From positions 1-55,791 of the IMG/VR virus record IMGVR_UViG_3300031841_002239: a DNA stretch of 55,791 nt; one strand, written 5' to 3'. Below the pieces are notes generated by a model, which saw nothing but the letters and a program-made list of their open reading frames with translations, made no database searches and had not been told where the DNA came from. Position 1 is the first letter of the stretch. Every line of letters begins with the position of its first letter. The translations under genes were made by a program, and so were the position numbers. The stretch comes from a virus. Taxonomy: Duplodnaviria; Caudoviricetes. Positions 9,251-18,725 of the stretch are shown here, piece by piece.

Positions 9251-9625
9251 TTATGGTAATTTTACATATTCCATTTCAGCACCATTTTCATTATCTTCTG
9301 CTACTGAAATTTTTACCCAACGGCCAGGATACTTATTCTGTATCTGTTCCGCCAAATTATCTGCGATCATCTCGCATGACTTGTTATTAAGTTGTATAAC
9401 TTCTTCGTTATACAAACTTTCAAGCCATCTTTTAAACTGTATAAACTCGATGTCTCTATCATCATGAAACACTTCAATCCACACTTTAAAGTGGAAAATA
9501 TGTCTGTGTTTATACCCTAAAAAACTTACGTCGTCCCAATCGCCTGTTGCTAAATTAGGATCTGTGTCTGCTCCAGGATAGAAATGTATCCCTTCTTTAC
9601 TAAATGTTACCCAAATACTTCTCAT
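9251..9625 (-). CDS. QueD-like T-fold protein (possible DpdL-type paralogue)
   Basis: LGYKHRHIF, SCEMIA and VAEDNENGA motifs; lacks the canonical QueD CxxxHGH. Confidence 0.72.
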   Translation of the reverse strand: MRSIWVTFSKEGIHFYPGADTDPNLATGDWDDVSFLGYKHRHIFHFKVWIEVFHDDRDIEFIQFKRWLESLYNEEVIQLNNKSCEMIADNLAEQIQNKYPGRWVKISVAEDNENGAEMEYVKLP

Positions 9626-9651
9626 AATAATCTGCCTTCTATAGTGTTTAT

Positions 9652-9828
9652 TTACAGTTTATCCAGTTCTTCAATCAGTTCTTCTGGTATTTCTGCACCG
9701 TTTTTTATTAAGAATTTAAACAATAAAACTACCAATGCCTGTATATCTTCCTCATATTGGAAGTCTCCGTCATAAGATGCGTATGTTTGTATTCCGTCAT
9801 CGTCTGTTGCTGTTATATCTATTTTCAT
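9652..9828 (-). CDS. Hypothetical acidic protein, 58 aa
   Basis: Not in track. MKIDITATDDDGIQTYASYDGDFQYEEDIQALVVLLFKFLIKNGAEIPEELIEELDKL; start overlaps the upstream stop (ATGA). Confidence 0.6.
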   Translation of the reverse strand: MKIDITATDDDGIQTYASYDGDFQYEEDIQALVVLLFKFLIKNGAEIPEELIEELDKL

Positions 9829-10331
9829 TCTACTGGCTTATCGCCTCCATCAGTGTATTTAGACCAAGGAATAAAATGTTCCTTATCTAATACATCTTGT
9901 AATTGCATTGACCAAGTACCTTCATTGGTCTTGTCAAACCCTTTATCAGCAATTTTAAATGCTGTATTAAAGTTGTATTTAGATGAACTAGGCAATACTG
10001 CGGTTATAACAGGTATAAAATTGCTATAATCATGTAACCCCATTTTAAATATATCTTCTGCATACTTAACTTCAAATTCTAATGTAACCTTAACACCATT
10101 ATCGCATAAATGCAAAAGTAGTTCTTCCCAAAGTTTCCATTGATCAAATCTCTCTGCATCAAAATAGCATAAGTGTATATGAGTACATTTTTCATTTAAT
10201 GCTCTACTTAAAATTTCTTCTACTGGTTGCCAACCTGCTACAAACAAAGTAGTTTCACCTTGTGCAACGGTATGCTCAACTTCTTTACCAACAAAGAATT
10301 TTACGTCATTAAAATTAGGCTTATCTTTCAT
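9825..10331 (-). CDS. Hypothetical protein coupled to the TGT/DpdA-like gene
   Basis: 168 aa ORF 3 nt downstream of the transglycosylase stop. Confidence 0.7.
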   Translation of the reverse strand: MKDKPNFNDVKFFVGKEVEHTVAQGETTLFVAGWQPVEEILSRALNEKCTHIHLCYFDAERFDQWKLWEELLLHLCDNGVKVTLEFEVKYAEDIFKMGLHDYSNFIPVITAVLPSSSKYNFNTAFKIADKGFDKTNEGTWSMQLQDVLDKEHFIPWSKYTDGGDKPVE

Positions 10332-10334
10332 TTA

Positions 10335-11870
10335 CTATGCCTCAAAGTCTCCAGACATAATATCATGTGTTTTAGCACCAATATCATCATCCATATCAAA
10401 CTCTTCCTCTTCAAAGAAAGCACCAAATCCTGCATTAGTTTTAGCACCAAAGCTCAACTCATCTAATAATTTAATATTTTTTTCAATTAAGTCATATGCT
10501 TCATCAATAGATAATTTAGGGTCTAATACTTCCTGACAAAAACTATCGAAGTATAATGCTTTTGCAGGTACATAAGGACTAAACTCATTACTCTTACCAC
10601 TTGATTTGTCTTTTATAAAGTCACTGTAATGTATATTAGTTCTGTACTTTTCTACATCTGCTAACCTGTTTGCTTCTTGTACCGCAGTAATATGGTTGTA
10701 CACACTATGACCCATGTAATATAAGTAACTTTGTGTGTCCCAACTTGTACTGTCTGGTCCTTTTGCTTTACCGTTCTTGTCTTCGTCTCCTTCTGCCATT
10801 GCACAAATATCTCCAGCAGTTAGCCTGCTCATTATAGGAGAGTGTGCAAAAGGCATAGGCATATCAGACCCTTTAAGTGCCTGATTGTCTATTGCTCTGT
10901 CCATTAAGTAACTGAACTTCTTAGGATGGAAACTGTTATGTGTATATGTACTACCATATGCACTATTAACAAACGGACTTGCGGCATCCATACTCAAACA
11001 TATTTCTGGACTATCATGTTTTCTTAACATTCTTTGTATGCTAGTTAAGTAACATGCCCAGTCTAGTTTACCTGTACCTAGGAAATGTATCCAACCTTTG
11101 TCTTTAAGTAAGCCATCTTCTCTAAGTTTTAATATACGTCTTAGTGCCATTCTCATATTACGTTTTTGTAAATCAGCAAATGCATATCCTTCTAATGCAA
11201 GTTCACTATTGCCATATGCTTCTTGGCAAAACTTAGGATCACTAAAGTTTTTAACATTTTCATACCACTCATCACAAGTAGGTTGGTCAACACCACTCAT
11301 TACATTTAAGAACTTACACTTACCTGGTGTTCTGTTCTTCATGTAGTAATCTAAGTTGTACAAACTAATTGTCATAGTTTGCTCAAATGTTTCTAAACCT
11401 GTTTTCTTATTAAAAGGAGGGAAGGCGGCAAAAGGAGGTACATCAAGTGTCATTGCCCAATCACATTGTTCTTCTTCCCATTTAAGTATTTTATCTACTA
11501 GCTCTATCCTGGCAGGATCATCTGGGTTAATAGCATTAGCCCAATCCATTTTAATAACACCTGTGGCAATCTGGAAACCACCGGAGTCTCCTAGTATCAT
11601 TGTTTTACTTCTATCTCTGTCAGTAATCATAGGCTCGCCATCTAACTTTGTTAAGTCTAACTGAGCATGACCGGCTGAATACAATCCCCAAGGATAATGA
11701 TAGTAAGTGTCTTTGTCTTTTAGGAAATCCATACCTTCATGGCCTAATTCAAAGCCTTCAGGTATCCTGCCACCATCTTTAGCAATTTTTTCTAATTGCT
11801 TTACATAGAAACTACTAATAGCAGGTAAGTATAAGGCGTAGTCTCTTTGTGTCTTTCCTAAATCGTACAT
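10335..11870 (-). CDS. dpdA: tRNA-guanine transglycosylase-fold enzyme, probable DNA 7-deazaguanine transglycosylase (DpdA family)
   Basis: GDSGGFQ, MTLDVPP, WIHFLGTG and SMDAASPF motifs; clustered with folE, queE, queD-like and replication genes. Confidence 0.72.
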   Translation of the reverse strand: MYDLGKTQRDYALYLPAISSFYVKQLEKIAKDGGRIPEGFELGHEGMDFLKDKDTYYHYPWGLYSAGHAQLDLTKLDGEPMITDRDRSKTMILGDSGGFQIATGVIKMDWANAINPDDPARIELVDKILKWEEEQCDWAMTLDVPPFAAFPPFNKKTGLETFEQTMTISLYNLDYYMKNRTPGKCKFLNVMSGVDQPTCDEWYENVKNFSDPKFCQEAYGNSELALEGYAFADLQKRNMRMALRRILKLREDGLLKDKGWIHFLGTGKLDWACYLTSIQRMLRKHDSPEICLSMDAASPFVNSAYGSTYTHNSFHPKKFSYLMDRAIDNQALKGSDMPMPFAHSPIMSRLTAGDICAMAEGDEDKNGKAKGPDSTSWDTQSYLYYMGHSVYNHITAVQEANRLADVEKYRTNIHYSDFIKDKSSGKSNEFSPYVPAKALYFDSFCQEVLDPKLSIDEAYDLIEKNIKLLDELSFGAKTNAGFGAFFEEEEFDMDDDIGAKTHDIMSGDFEA

Positions 11871-12616
11871 TAACTTCTCGCAGGTAATAAGTATGTGTAT
11901 TTTGCCATTCCGCTGTCTACAATAATTTGTAGTAGGCCTTGATCATTAATACTCATTACACAATTACCAGTATCACTTAGCCTTAATATTTTTAATACAA
12001 TATCTAAAGGCCATTTCCAGTCACCTGTAATGCTACCATCAATATCACTATTAATTAAAATTTTTGTTCTGTCACTTACACCATCACCAATATGGAACCA
12101 TAAACTAGTACCATCAGTTTTAGGACTAAAGTTCGCCTCAAATCCACCTAACACACTATTAAAGTATGCCATGTCTTTTAAATTTTTATCAGTAGGCACA
12201 ATGTTTAAATCAAACTCAGCACCTTTAAACTTAATTGCTTTAAGTTGCTGGTTAATAACATCTGCTAACATAAATCTGTAATGTGCATCATTTCCATCTG
12301 CACTTGTAAATTCTACTTCAACAGGAACAGTTTCGCCATTACGGTCTTGTGTGTTTATTTTAACGTCTGAACCTTCGCCATCAAATCCAGGATATTGTAA
12401 GTAGCCCTGTAATACCTGCATTCTGCTTAACCCAACAGTTGAGTCCACAAACTCAGGATAAGGGTTATGTGTCTCACCTTTAAAGATTACAGTTTTGTCT
12501 GCATCTACTGTTTCAACAGTAGTTTTTTCAACATCACCGGAAATCTTAACCATTTCAAATATACCTAAACCATGTGTATGTTTAAGTACGTCTTTCATTA
12601 TGTCTTTAATTGCCAT
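11870..12616 (-). CDS. Sliding clamp (T4 gp45-like)
   Basis: 248 aa, next to PolB, clamp-like size and C-terminal strand pattern (YTYLLPA). Confidence 0.65.
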   Translation of the reverse strand: MAIKDIMKDVLKHTHGLGIFEMVKISGDVEKTTVETVDADKTVIFKGETHNPYPEFVDSTVGLSRMQVLQGYLQYPGFDGEGSDVKINTQDRNGETVPVEVEFTSADGNDAHYRFMLADVINQQLKAIKFKGAEFDLNIVPTDKNLKDMAYFNSVLGGFEANFSPKTDGTSLWFHIGDGVSDRTKILINSDIDGSITGDWKWPLDIVLKILRLSDTGNCVMSINDQGLLQIIVDSGMAKYTYLLPARS

Positions 12617-12640
12617 TCATTTCTCCAAGATTAATATATC

Positions 12641-12668
12641 ATTATACATTGTTATTTAGATAAGTCAA
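12641..12668 (-). promoter_or_regulatory. Sigma70-type promoter with embedded TAAATA
   Basis: TTGACT-N16-TATAAT upstream of the clamp-dpdA run. Confidence 0.7.
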
Positions 12669-12687
12669 GTTGTTTTTAACCATTTTT

Positions 12688-15363
12688 TTAGAATTCAAAA
12701 AACGTTGATAACGTTTCACTTTGTGTAGTCCTGCTTAAATCAAAGCCCATAGGACCAATAACATTAGCAACTTTTTTATCTAATACTGTTTCTTCCATTG
12801 CCTCTTCATCAAATGGTAAATCCTTAAACCATTGTGGCAAATTAAGTTCATCTGTAGGATATGCTACACTAGTATATCCCATTGGATTATTTTTAAGTTT
12901 ACATACAATTACTTTAGCACCGTCTGTTACTGATAAACTATACGCATCACTGTTTGCTTTTTTAAGATTGTTCCAATTAATACTAGCTCTAACATGCCCA
13001 GGTATCATATTGCTTTTGCCTTCATTTTTAAGAGCATGTAATTTATGTAACGTATTTGTATTAGGTGCTCTGGCTTGCTCCATCATTTTAGATGTATACA
13101 TAGTAACATTATTAGCACGTTTAGGCATACCCTTGCCCCATGGCTCTAACTCTTTAAAATACTTTTTAAACTCTTTAATTTTTTCTATTACATGTTCTTC
13201 GCCTAAACCATTTAAACAATCTACTAATAATTCTTCTAAAAAGTCTTGTATAAACTCAGGAGTGTCAGAACGTTTAATTTCTAAACCCATTGCCTTTAGT
13301 TTGCCACCTTCAGGCTGATAACCTTCAATATCTAAACACAATATACCATATCTCTTTTTAGTTAAAAACAATCCTGCTCTGCCAACAACTTCTCTACCAG
13401 CAATCATTACAGCACCACGTTCCAAAGGAACATTAAATGTGTCTTTTAAAAACTTAGGAAATGTACCACTCACTGTGTCTGATACATGATCATATAACTT
13501 AATAGCACTATCCATATCTAATGCTTGTTCACCCATAATAGGTGCCGCACTAAAATACACAGAATCAGTATCACCATAAATTATTGTTTCGCCTTCATAA
13601 TCATATTCGCCTGTAAATATTCTGTTTGTCTCAGCCGCCATATGCTTCGTAATAGCTCTGCCTGTTAGTGTTGTGCTTTGTCCTATACGTTTGTCATAAA
13701 ACCTACAATGAGGATTAAGTATTGCACCATACAAACTGTTTAACTGAATCTTTTTAACTAACTGCCTTTTATCCCAATATACCTGCTCTGCGCCTTCTGA
13801 TTCTTTTTTCTTCTTCTGCATACGTTGTCTATCAGTATACCAAAGTTCCAATAAGCCAGGCACAATACCTTGTACGTCAGTTGTAAATATTGTGCCGTTA
13901 GCACTAATATTCCAGGGTTGGCCACTATTAAAAACTAAGTTATAAACGTCAGCACCTGTTACTTCATGTACTCCACCATCTTCCATTTCTAACTTCATCA
14001 TATGGTCAACGTCTTTGCTTTTAACAAACTCAAACTCGTTTGTACCAAACTTGCCATGCCAAGCATCAGCAAAACTTTTCTTCTCTAATTTTTGTGCATT
14101 TGTAATTTCTTCTAATGTATAACTAGGATCTAATTGTCCCACAATAGTCTCAGGCGCCATATTAAGAGCCCTAAACACACTAGGATATAGACTGTTTAAA
14201 TCCATACTGCCTACCCAGTCATGATATCCTTTCTTAGGCGTAGCCACAAAGGCACCTGCCGCACTATCACGTTCAGATGATTTAGGCTTATCAGGAACTA
14301 CCATGCCACGTCTATGTGCTTCATTTATAATTGCTTGTTCAGTTGTTGCTACAGCACCCATAGTTGTTGGAATTAATACTGTATTTTCATGTGCAATAAT
14401 GTTTGCTAGATCAACAAACTGTAGTTTCTTATCCAGTTTATCCAACAGCATAACGTCTTGTATGTTATATTCACAAAACTTTAAGAAGTCATGATTGTAA
14501 AGTCTATCTAAACTACCTTCATATGGAACTTTCTTTTCACCAACTTCCATTTCACCAATATAGTCTAATCTATAACTATGGCGTTCTTCATAGTTATATT
14601 TTCTATAAAGCTCTAAGTAATCTAAATGTATTCTACCTACTAAATCATATGTAACAACTTCACTGCCAAACTTTTCATACTCTCTTCTCTTAGGCAGTTT
14701 TTTCATCAAACACATACGTCTTGTTTCTGCTTTACCTAATGTTTTAGTAATCCTATTAACTGTATAAGGTATATCATATCCTTCACTGTTCCAGCCACTA
14801 AGTACGTCAGCATCTTCTATAATATCTAAAAATGTATCTAACATCTCCTTTTCTGTTTTAAACAGCATTACTTCAGGTAGAGGCTTAACAACTTCTTGTG
14901 CCTGTTCCCAACTTAAAGTTTTAGGAGGTACTGCTAAACATATCATTGCATCCATCCACTGTAAGTAAACACCTATTGCTGTTATGGGAGTAAATGGGTC
15001 AGAAGGACTACTGTATCCACGTTGTGGATCGAAGTCTACCTCAATATCAAAAAATGCTACATTTAGATCTGGTGCATCAGCACCGTTGTAGTCTTGTGCT
15101 AATACTTTATTAATAGGCCTTATATCGCTCTCGAATGTTTTATTACTGCTATGTATACCTAAATTTTTCTTAAAGTCTTTTATATTAGCACATCTTAGTT
15201 CAGTTACAGGGTCACCGTAAATGCTTTTATGTTTACCATGTGGGTCAGCATAATAAAAATTATGTGTGGGACTTATTTCTTTTATAATACGTTTGCCATC
15301 AATACGCTCAACGACAGTAACAATGTCCTTGCCTTGATCGTAAAATGCGTCAACGTAACTCAT
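12688..15363 (-). CDS. Family B DNA polymerase (T4 gp43-like)
   Basis: Exo motifs FDIE, GWNSEGYD, YNIQD; Pol motifs DLNSLYPS, KIQLNSLYG, YGDTDS, KKRY; C-terminal clamp-binding-like LSTFFEF. Confidence 0.96.
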   Translation of the reverse strand: MSYVDAFYDQGKDIVTVVERIDGKRIIKEISPTHNFYYADPHGKHKSIYGDPVTELRCANIKDFKKNLGIHSSNKTFESDIRPINKVLAQDYNGADAPDLNVAFFDIEVDFDPQRGYSSPSDPFTPITAIGVYLQWMDAMICLAVPPKTLSWEQAQEVVKPLPEVMLFKTEKEMLDTFLDIIEDADVLSGWNSEGYDIPYTVNRITKTLGKAETRRMCLMKKLPKRREYEKFGSEVVTYDLVGRIHLDYLELYRKYNYEERHSYRLDYIGEMEVGEKKVPYEGSLDRLYNHDFLKFCEYNIQDVMLLDKLDKKLQFVDLANIIAHENTVLIPTTMGAVATTEQAIINEAHRRGMVVPDKPKSSERDSAAGAFVATPKKGYHDWVGSMDLNSLYPSVFRALNMAPETIVGQLDPSYTLEEITNAQKLEKKSFADAWHGKFGTNEFEFVKSKDVDHMMKLEMEDGGVHEVTGADVYNLVFNSGQPWNISANGTIFTTDVQGIVPGLLELWYTDRQRMQKKKKESEGAEQVYWDKRQLVKKIQLNSLYGAILNPHCRFYDKRIGQSTTLTGRAITKHMAAETNRIFTGEYDYEGETIIYGDTDSVYFSAAPIMGEQALDMDSAIKLYDHVSDTVSGTFPKFLKDTFNVPLERGAVMIAGREVVGRAGLFLTKKRYGILCLDIEGYQPEGGKLKAMGLEIKRSDTPEFIQDFLEELLVDCLNGLGEEHVIEKIKEFKKYFKELEPWGKGMPKRANNVTMYTSKMMEQARAPNTNTLHKLHALKNEGKSNMIPGHVRASINWNNLKKANSDAYSLSVTDGAKVIVCKLKNNPMGYTSVAYPTDELNLPQWFKDLPFDEEAMEETVLDKKVANVIGPMGFDLSRTTQSETLSTFFEF

Positions 15364-15386
15364 AGATGTGCTATCCTCATACTGTT

Positions 15387-15415
15387 ATTATACAGTAATA
15401 GTAGTATAAAGTCAA
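15387..15415 (-). promoter_or_regulatory. Sigma70-type promoter of polB
   Basis: TTGACT-N17-TATAAT, GAGG RBS downstream. Confidence 0.75.
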
Positions 15416-15419
15416 TTAA

Positions 15420-15683
15420 TTATAGTGTTTTACCAACAGATTCCAAAATAGTTTCTAGTTCGTCAAACTTATCGAACTCATCTTGGAACTTGGCTTTGTG
15501 AGCAATCTTTACTGCTTTCATTAAAACACCAGGCTTAAGATCCATTTCCTCTGCTATTGCTTTAACAGTTTCACGGAGGCCTGTGCTTAGAGCATCAACT
15601 TCATGTAGAACTTGATCTCCTTCCTGAATTAATTTTTTAAGCCTTGCTACTTCTTCTTGATTGAATGTTTTATTAAATGCCAT
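15420..15683 (-). CDS. T4 DsbA/GapR-like dsDNA-binding protein
   Basis: LKKLIQEG...LRETVKAIAEEMDLKPGVLMKAVKIAHK pattern; start set at MAFNK. Confidence 0.55.
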   Translation of the reverse strand: MAFNKTFNQEEVARLKKLIQEGDQVLHEVDALSTGLRETVKAIAEEMDLKPGVLMKAVKIAHKAKFQDEFDKFDELETILESVGKTL

Positions 15684-15894
15684 TGTTTGTATCCTGTATG
15701 CCAATATTTATTTGTAATGGTTCTATTATAACAGGATTTACGGTAGAGTCAACAGATATTTCAAAAACACCTTTAACTCCTGGAAATTGTTGGAAAGATA
15801 GGTTTTCTAGAATAGACCTATCTGTTATTTTTTGATTAGTTTTTTTATCGTAAGCGATAAATTCGTTGCCATTATAATGGACTTCTAAAATCAT
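15673..15894 (-). CDS. Hypothetical protein
   Basis: 73 aa, translationally coupled. Confidence 0.55.
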   Translation of the reverse strand: MILEVHYNGNEFIAYDKKTNQKITDRSILENLSFQQFPGVKGVFEISVDSTVNPVIIEPLQINIGIQDTNNGI

Positions 15895-16202
15895 TACACC
15901 TCTACAGAGGCTTCAAATGTAAATTTAATATCAGGAAACTCTTCAAAAAGTTGATCTGATATCTCATCTCCCTCTACTGAATCTATTTCATCTTCAAGTA
16001 TGATTTCGTATATAAACATATCACCTTCGTCATCTTCGCTAGTGTATGCCATTACTTCTATACCTACTTTAGATTTTTCGTCATCATATGCTGTTAAAAG
16101 TTTAGTTGGTACAACACTTTGTACAATATCGAAATACACAATAACGTCCTCATCACTGAGTTCTTCTCGTGTCAACATTCTTACAAAGTGTTTAATGAAC
16201 AT
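15894..16202 (-). CDS. Hypothetical acidic protein (start reassigned to MFIKH)
   Basis: ATG at 16202, 4 nt after the upstream stop. Confidence 0.6.
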   Translation of the reverse strand: MFIKHFVRMLTREELSDEDVIVYFDIVQSVVPTKLLTAYDDEKSKVGIEVMAYTSEDDEGDMFIYEIILEDEIDSVEGDEISDQLFEEFPDIKFTFEASVEV

Positions 16203-16206
16203 ACTA

Positions 16207-16533
16207 TTACTTACCTTTACTAAATGCTTGAGCACCAAAGAAAGCGGCAACAATACCAGCAACTGCTACAAAGTATGTAGCCGCCATATCGCCTAATATT
16301 TCACTTGCTTGGTTAAGTCCAGCCAATACTGCAATTACTACAGCAAATGGATATAGTAACATACCACTTAAGGCAAACCATGCCATGCTTCTTTGAGCAT
16401 CACGCATAGCATCCATATCTTCTAATTCTTTACGTTTAAATTCTAAAAACATTGCCTCTTCGGCCTTGCTTACTTTTCCATCACCGTTTGTGTCAGCAGG
16501 ATGAAATTCTTTCTTAACTGTGTCTTCTGCCAT
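16207..16533 (-). CDS. EF-hand plus two-TM membrane protein, holin candidate
   Basis: DTNGDGKVSKAE canonical EF-hand loop, two hydrophobic helices, basic C-terminus; TAAATA element at 16562-16567 upstream. Confidence 0.6.
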   Translation of the reverse strand: MAEDTVKKEFHPADTNGDGKVSKAEEAMFLEFKRKELEDMDAMRDAQRSMAWFALSGMLLYPFAVVIAVLAGLNQASEILGDMAATYFVAVAGIVAAFFGAQAFSKGK

Positions 16534-16736
16534 TGTATAACTCCCTAATTTGTTATACTAGTATTTATCAATATTTGGCCTCAGGCTATCAAGGGAAAAC
16601 CCCTCTATTCGATCGCTATCTAATAAGAGAGGTTCTTTCTAATCTGATCGAGTTATAGACCTTGATCAGTTGTCTGGCAAATTATGGTTTTTTAGTTTTA
16701 AGAGTGTTCTAACCACCGGGCACCCGGAAAATCGCT

Positions 16737-17405
16737 CTATTTGGTTTCGTCTTCGATGAACTTGATACGGTTAACAACTGTTTCCTGTCCACTATGGTAT
16801 TTACCTTTACTCTGAGATTTTACAAATCCTTCAAGTGTAACCTTTTTACCTTTTTCAATTTTTTTGTCTGTAAAAAATTTAAGTATATGCTGATTTTTTA
16901 CACTACAAGTAACAATGTAGCTCATTGTTCTAGGTATATATCTAGTAAATTCTACAACTGCATCTATTCTTTCTCTTTGATGCAAAGTACCAATATTTTG
17001 ACTGGTTCTAGAAAGTTCCATTTCTCTGTCAGTCCAATTATCTTGATCTACTTTATTTAAGTAAACTTTAGGCAAACTTGCCGCAATACCTAATTTGTCT
17101 TTAGCAATATCTTTAGAACTGACTAACTTTAATACATTGGTTTCAAACTCTGTAAGATCACGTTCCATTGCTTTAAAACTTAGACCTGAAAGATATTCTT
17201 TTACTTCTGTAGCAGTAGTTTTATCTGCATCAGTTATTTTAAACTTTTTATCAGTAAAGAAATAATCGTATAATAAATCACTATTACAAGTTGACTTCTC
17301 ATACTTTCTATCAAACCTTACTTGTTCTTTTTTTATGAATCCGTCATTAATTCTGTGCGCCGCACAACTTACTGCTAATACTTCTTCGATTGGAAATGTT
17401 TGCAT
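16737..17405 (-). CDS. Hypothetical protein, possible C-terminal OB fold
   Basis: 222 aa, AAGGAG RBS, own promoter. Confidence 0.7.
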   Translation of the reverse strand: MQTFPIEEVLAVSCAAHRINDGFIKKEQVRFDRKYEKSTCNSDLLYDYFFTDKKFKITDADKTTATEVKEYLSGLSFKAMERDLTEFETNVLKLVSSKDIAKDKLGIAASLPKVYLNKVDQDNWTDREMELSRTSQNIGTLHQRERIDAVVEFTRYIPRTMSYIVTCSVKNQHILKFFTDKKIEKGKKVTLEGFVKSQSKGKYHSGQETVVNRIKFIEDETK

Positions 17406-17435
17406 TTTTCTACTCCTTTACCTAATATATTATAT

Positions 17436-17463
17436 ATTATAGCAAAATTTAAGAACTTGTCAA
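17436..17463 (-). promoter_or_regulatory. Sigma70-type promoter
   Basis: TTGACA-N16-TATAAT with extended TG. Confidence 0.75.
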
Positions 17464-18053
17464 GTATTATCTACAATTAAATTATAAATTTCTTCCCAAT
17501 TCTTAACAACATTAGCATCACCAGTAAAGTCTAAATTATGCCCATGTTCTATAAGAATACCATTAAGCCCTTCTTTTATTCCAGCATTTAAATTTTCTGG
17601 CTTGTCCTCTATCCAATAATTTCCTGGATACTTAGGCCCATACTCAGCAAGTATTTCATCTTTATCAGCACCTGTATCTAAACATACAACTTCTATAAAT
17701 GCATCTCCAAATAACTTTTTAAGATTTCTTTCTCTTAATTCTTTTGCATAAGGATCTAAACTTAAACTAGTAATTGCTATAAACTTGTACTGGTGTTGTT
17801 CGTGTAATTTCTTAACAAAGTATTGTGCATCACGAAGTGGAGGAAGGAATCCTATTGCCGCACTTTCATTAAATACTTTAACCATTTGTGAGCCTTGCTC
17901 TTTAGAAATACCGTATCTATCACCAATATTGTACATATACTGAGCGCCTTCAACTTTACTATGTCCATGATGTTCCATCCAAACTGAAAACCCTTCTTCC
18001 CAATCCAGTACAACACCATCGCAATCTGTTAAAATAATTTTATCTTTCTTCAT
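17460..18053 (-). CDS. HAD-family 5'(3')-nucleotidase-like phosphatase
   Basis: ILTDCDGVV motif I, ITS motif II, WIEDK motif IV. Confidence 0.8.
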   Translation of the reverse strand: MKKDKIILTDCDGVVLDWEEGFSVWMEHHGHSKVEGAQYMYNIGDRYGISKEQGSQMVKVFNESAAIGFLPPLRDAQYFVKKLHEQHQYKFIAITSLSLDPYAKELRERNLKKLFGDAFIEVVCLDTGADKDEILAEYGPKYPGNYWIEDKPENLNAGIKEGLNGILIEHGHNLDFTGDANVVKNWEEIYNLIVDNT

Positions 18054-18076
18054 ATTATTTCCTATGTTACAGCACT

Positions 18077-18104
18077 ATTATACTAAGAAACTGTATTTTG
18101 TCAA
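18077..18104 (-). promoter_or_regulatory. Sigma70-type promoter
   Basis: TTGACA-N16-TATAAT. Confidence 0.72.
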
Positions 18105-18126
18105 GTGTTTTTTGTTAAATAGTATT

Positions 18127-18699
18127 ATGGCATACAAAAAGAAAATACTATTTCCAGACTATTTATTTGAGGGACAACTAGAGGTACCTAGTGATTTAAA
18201 TAAAAACATTCAGGAAAGTTTAAAAAAGAATAAAGAATCTGGTATTACTACAGAAACTGTTTATGGCTGGTTTACAAACAAGCAGTTTCCTTGTGAAGGT
18301 ATTATACCACAACTTGCAAACTTATTAGCAAAAAACTTTGTAGGCAATGTAGTTAATAATTTTGACTTGGGAGTTGCAAGAGATATTAATTTGCTTAACC
18401 CTTGGCTCATATCTACTAACCCTAACCATTCTTTCCCTACAACTTTAGAGCCACAAAGATGGTACAATGCAGGTGTATATTTACAAACAACTAATAAAGG
18501 TAGTCATTTAAAATTAGATAACTATACATCTAAAGTTTATGCAGGACAAAATACACAGGAAAATAGTGTTTATATAAAACCTAAACAGTATAAAGTAATA
18601 TACTGGCCTAGTCATATACCCTGGAGTTTAACTCCTAATATGAGTATGGTAGAAACAACAATGCTTATTTGTACTTTTAGAGCTGATGCTAAAAAATAG
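18127..18699 (+). CDS. Degenerate 2OG-Fe(II) oxygenase-like protein (TIGR02466-type fold)
   Basis: GVYL...IKPK...IYWPSHIPWSLTPNMS pattern; start reassigned to MAYKKK, 5 nt after TAAATA (18116-18121). Confidence 0.55.
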   Translation: MAYKKKILFPDYLFEGQLEVPSDLNKNIQESLKKNKESGITTETVYGWFTNKQFPCEGIIPQLANLLAKNFVGNVVNNFDLGVARDINLLNPWLISTNPNHSFPTTLEPQRWYNAGVYLQTTNKGSHLKLDNYTSKVYAGQNTQENSVYIKPKQYKVIYWPSHIPWSLTPNMSMVETTMLICTFRADAKK

Positions 18700-18700
18700 T

Positions 18701-18718
18701 GTGGCCCCGAAGGGCCAC
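18701..18718. terminator. Intrinsic terminator hairpin between convergent genes
   Basis: GTGGCCC-CGAA-GGGCCAC; UUCG loop and a following U-tract on the minus strand. Confidence 0.8.
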
Positions 18719-18725
18719 GTATGCC

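Noticed and set aside
12688-15363. Intein or intron in the DNA polymerase
   Set aside because: 891 aa with continuous motif spacing; no intein termini or homing endonuclease motifs seen
18064-18126. Longer N-termini given by the ORF track (also 1427, 9111, 16262, 38174, 44799, 50947, 50975)
   Set aside because: These extensions run through promoters or neighbouring genes; downstream ATGs fit the RBS, coupling or promoter spacing better
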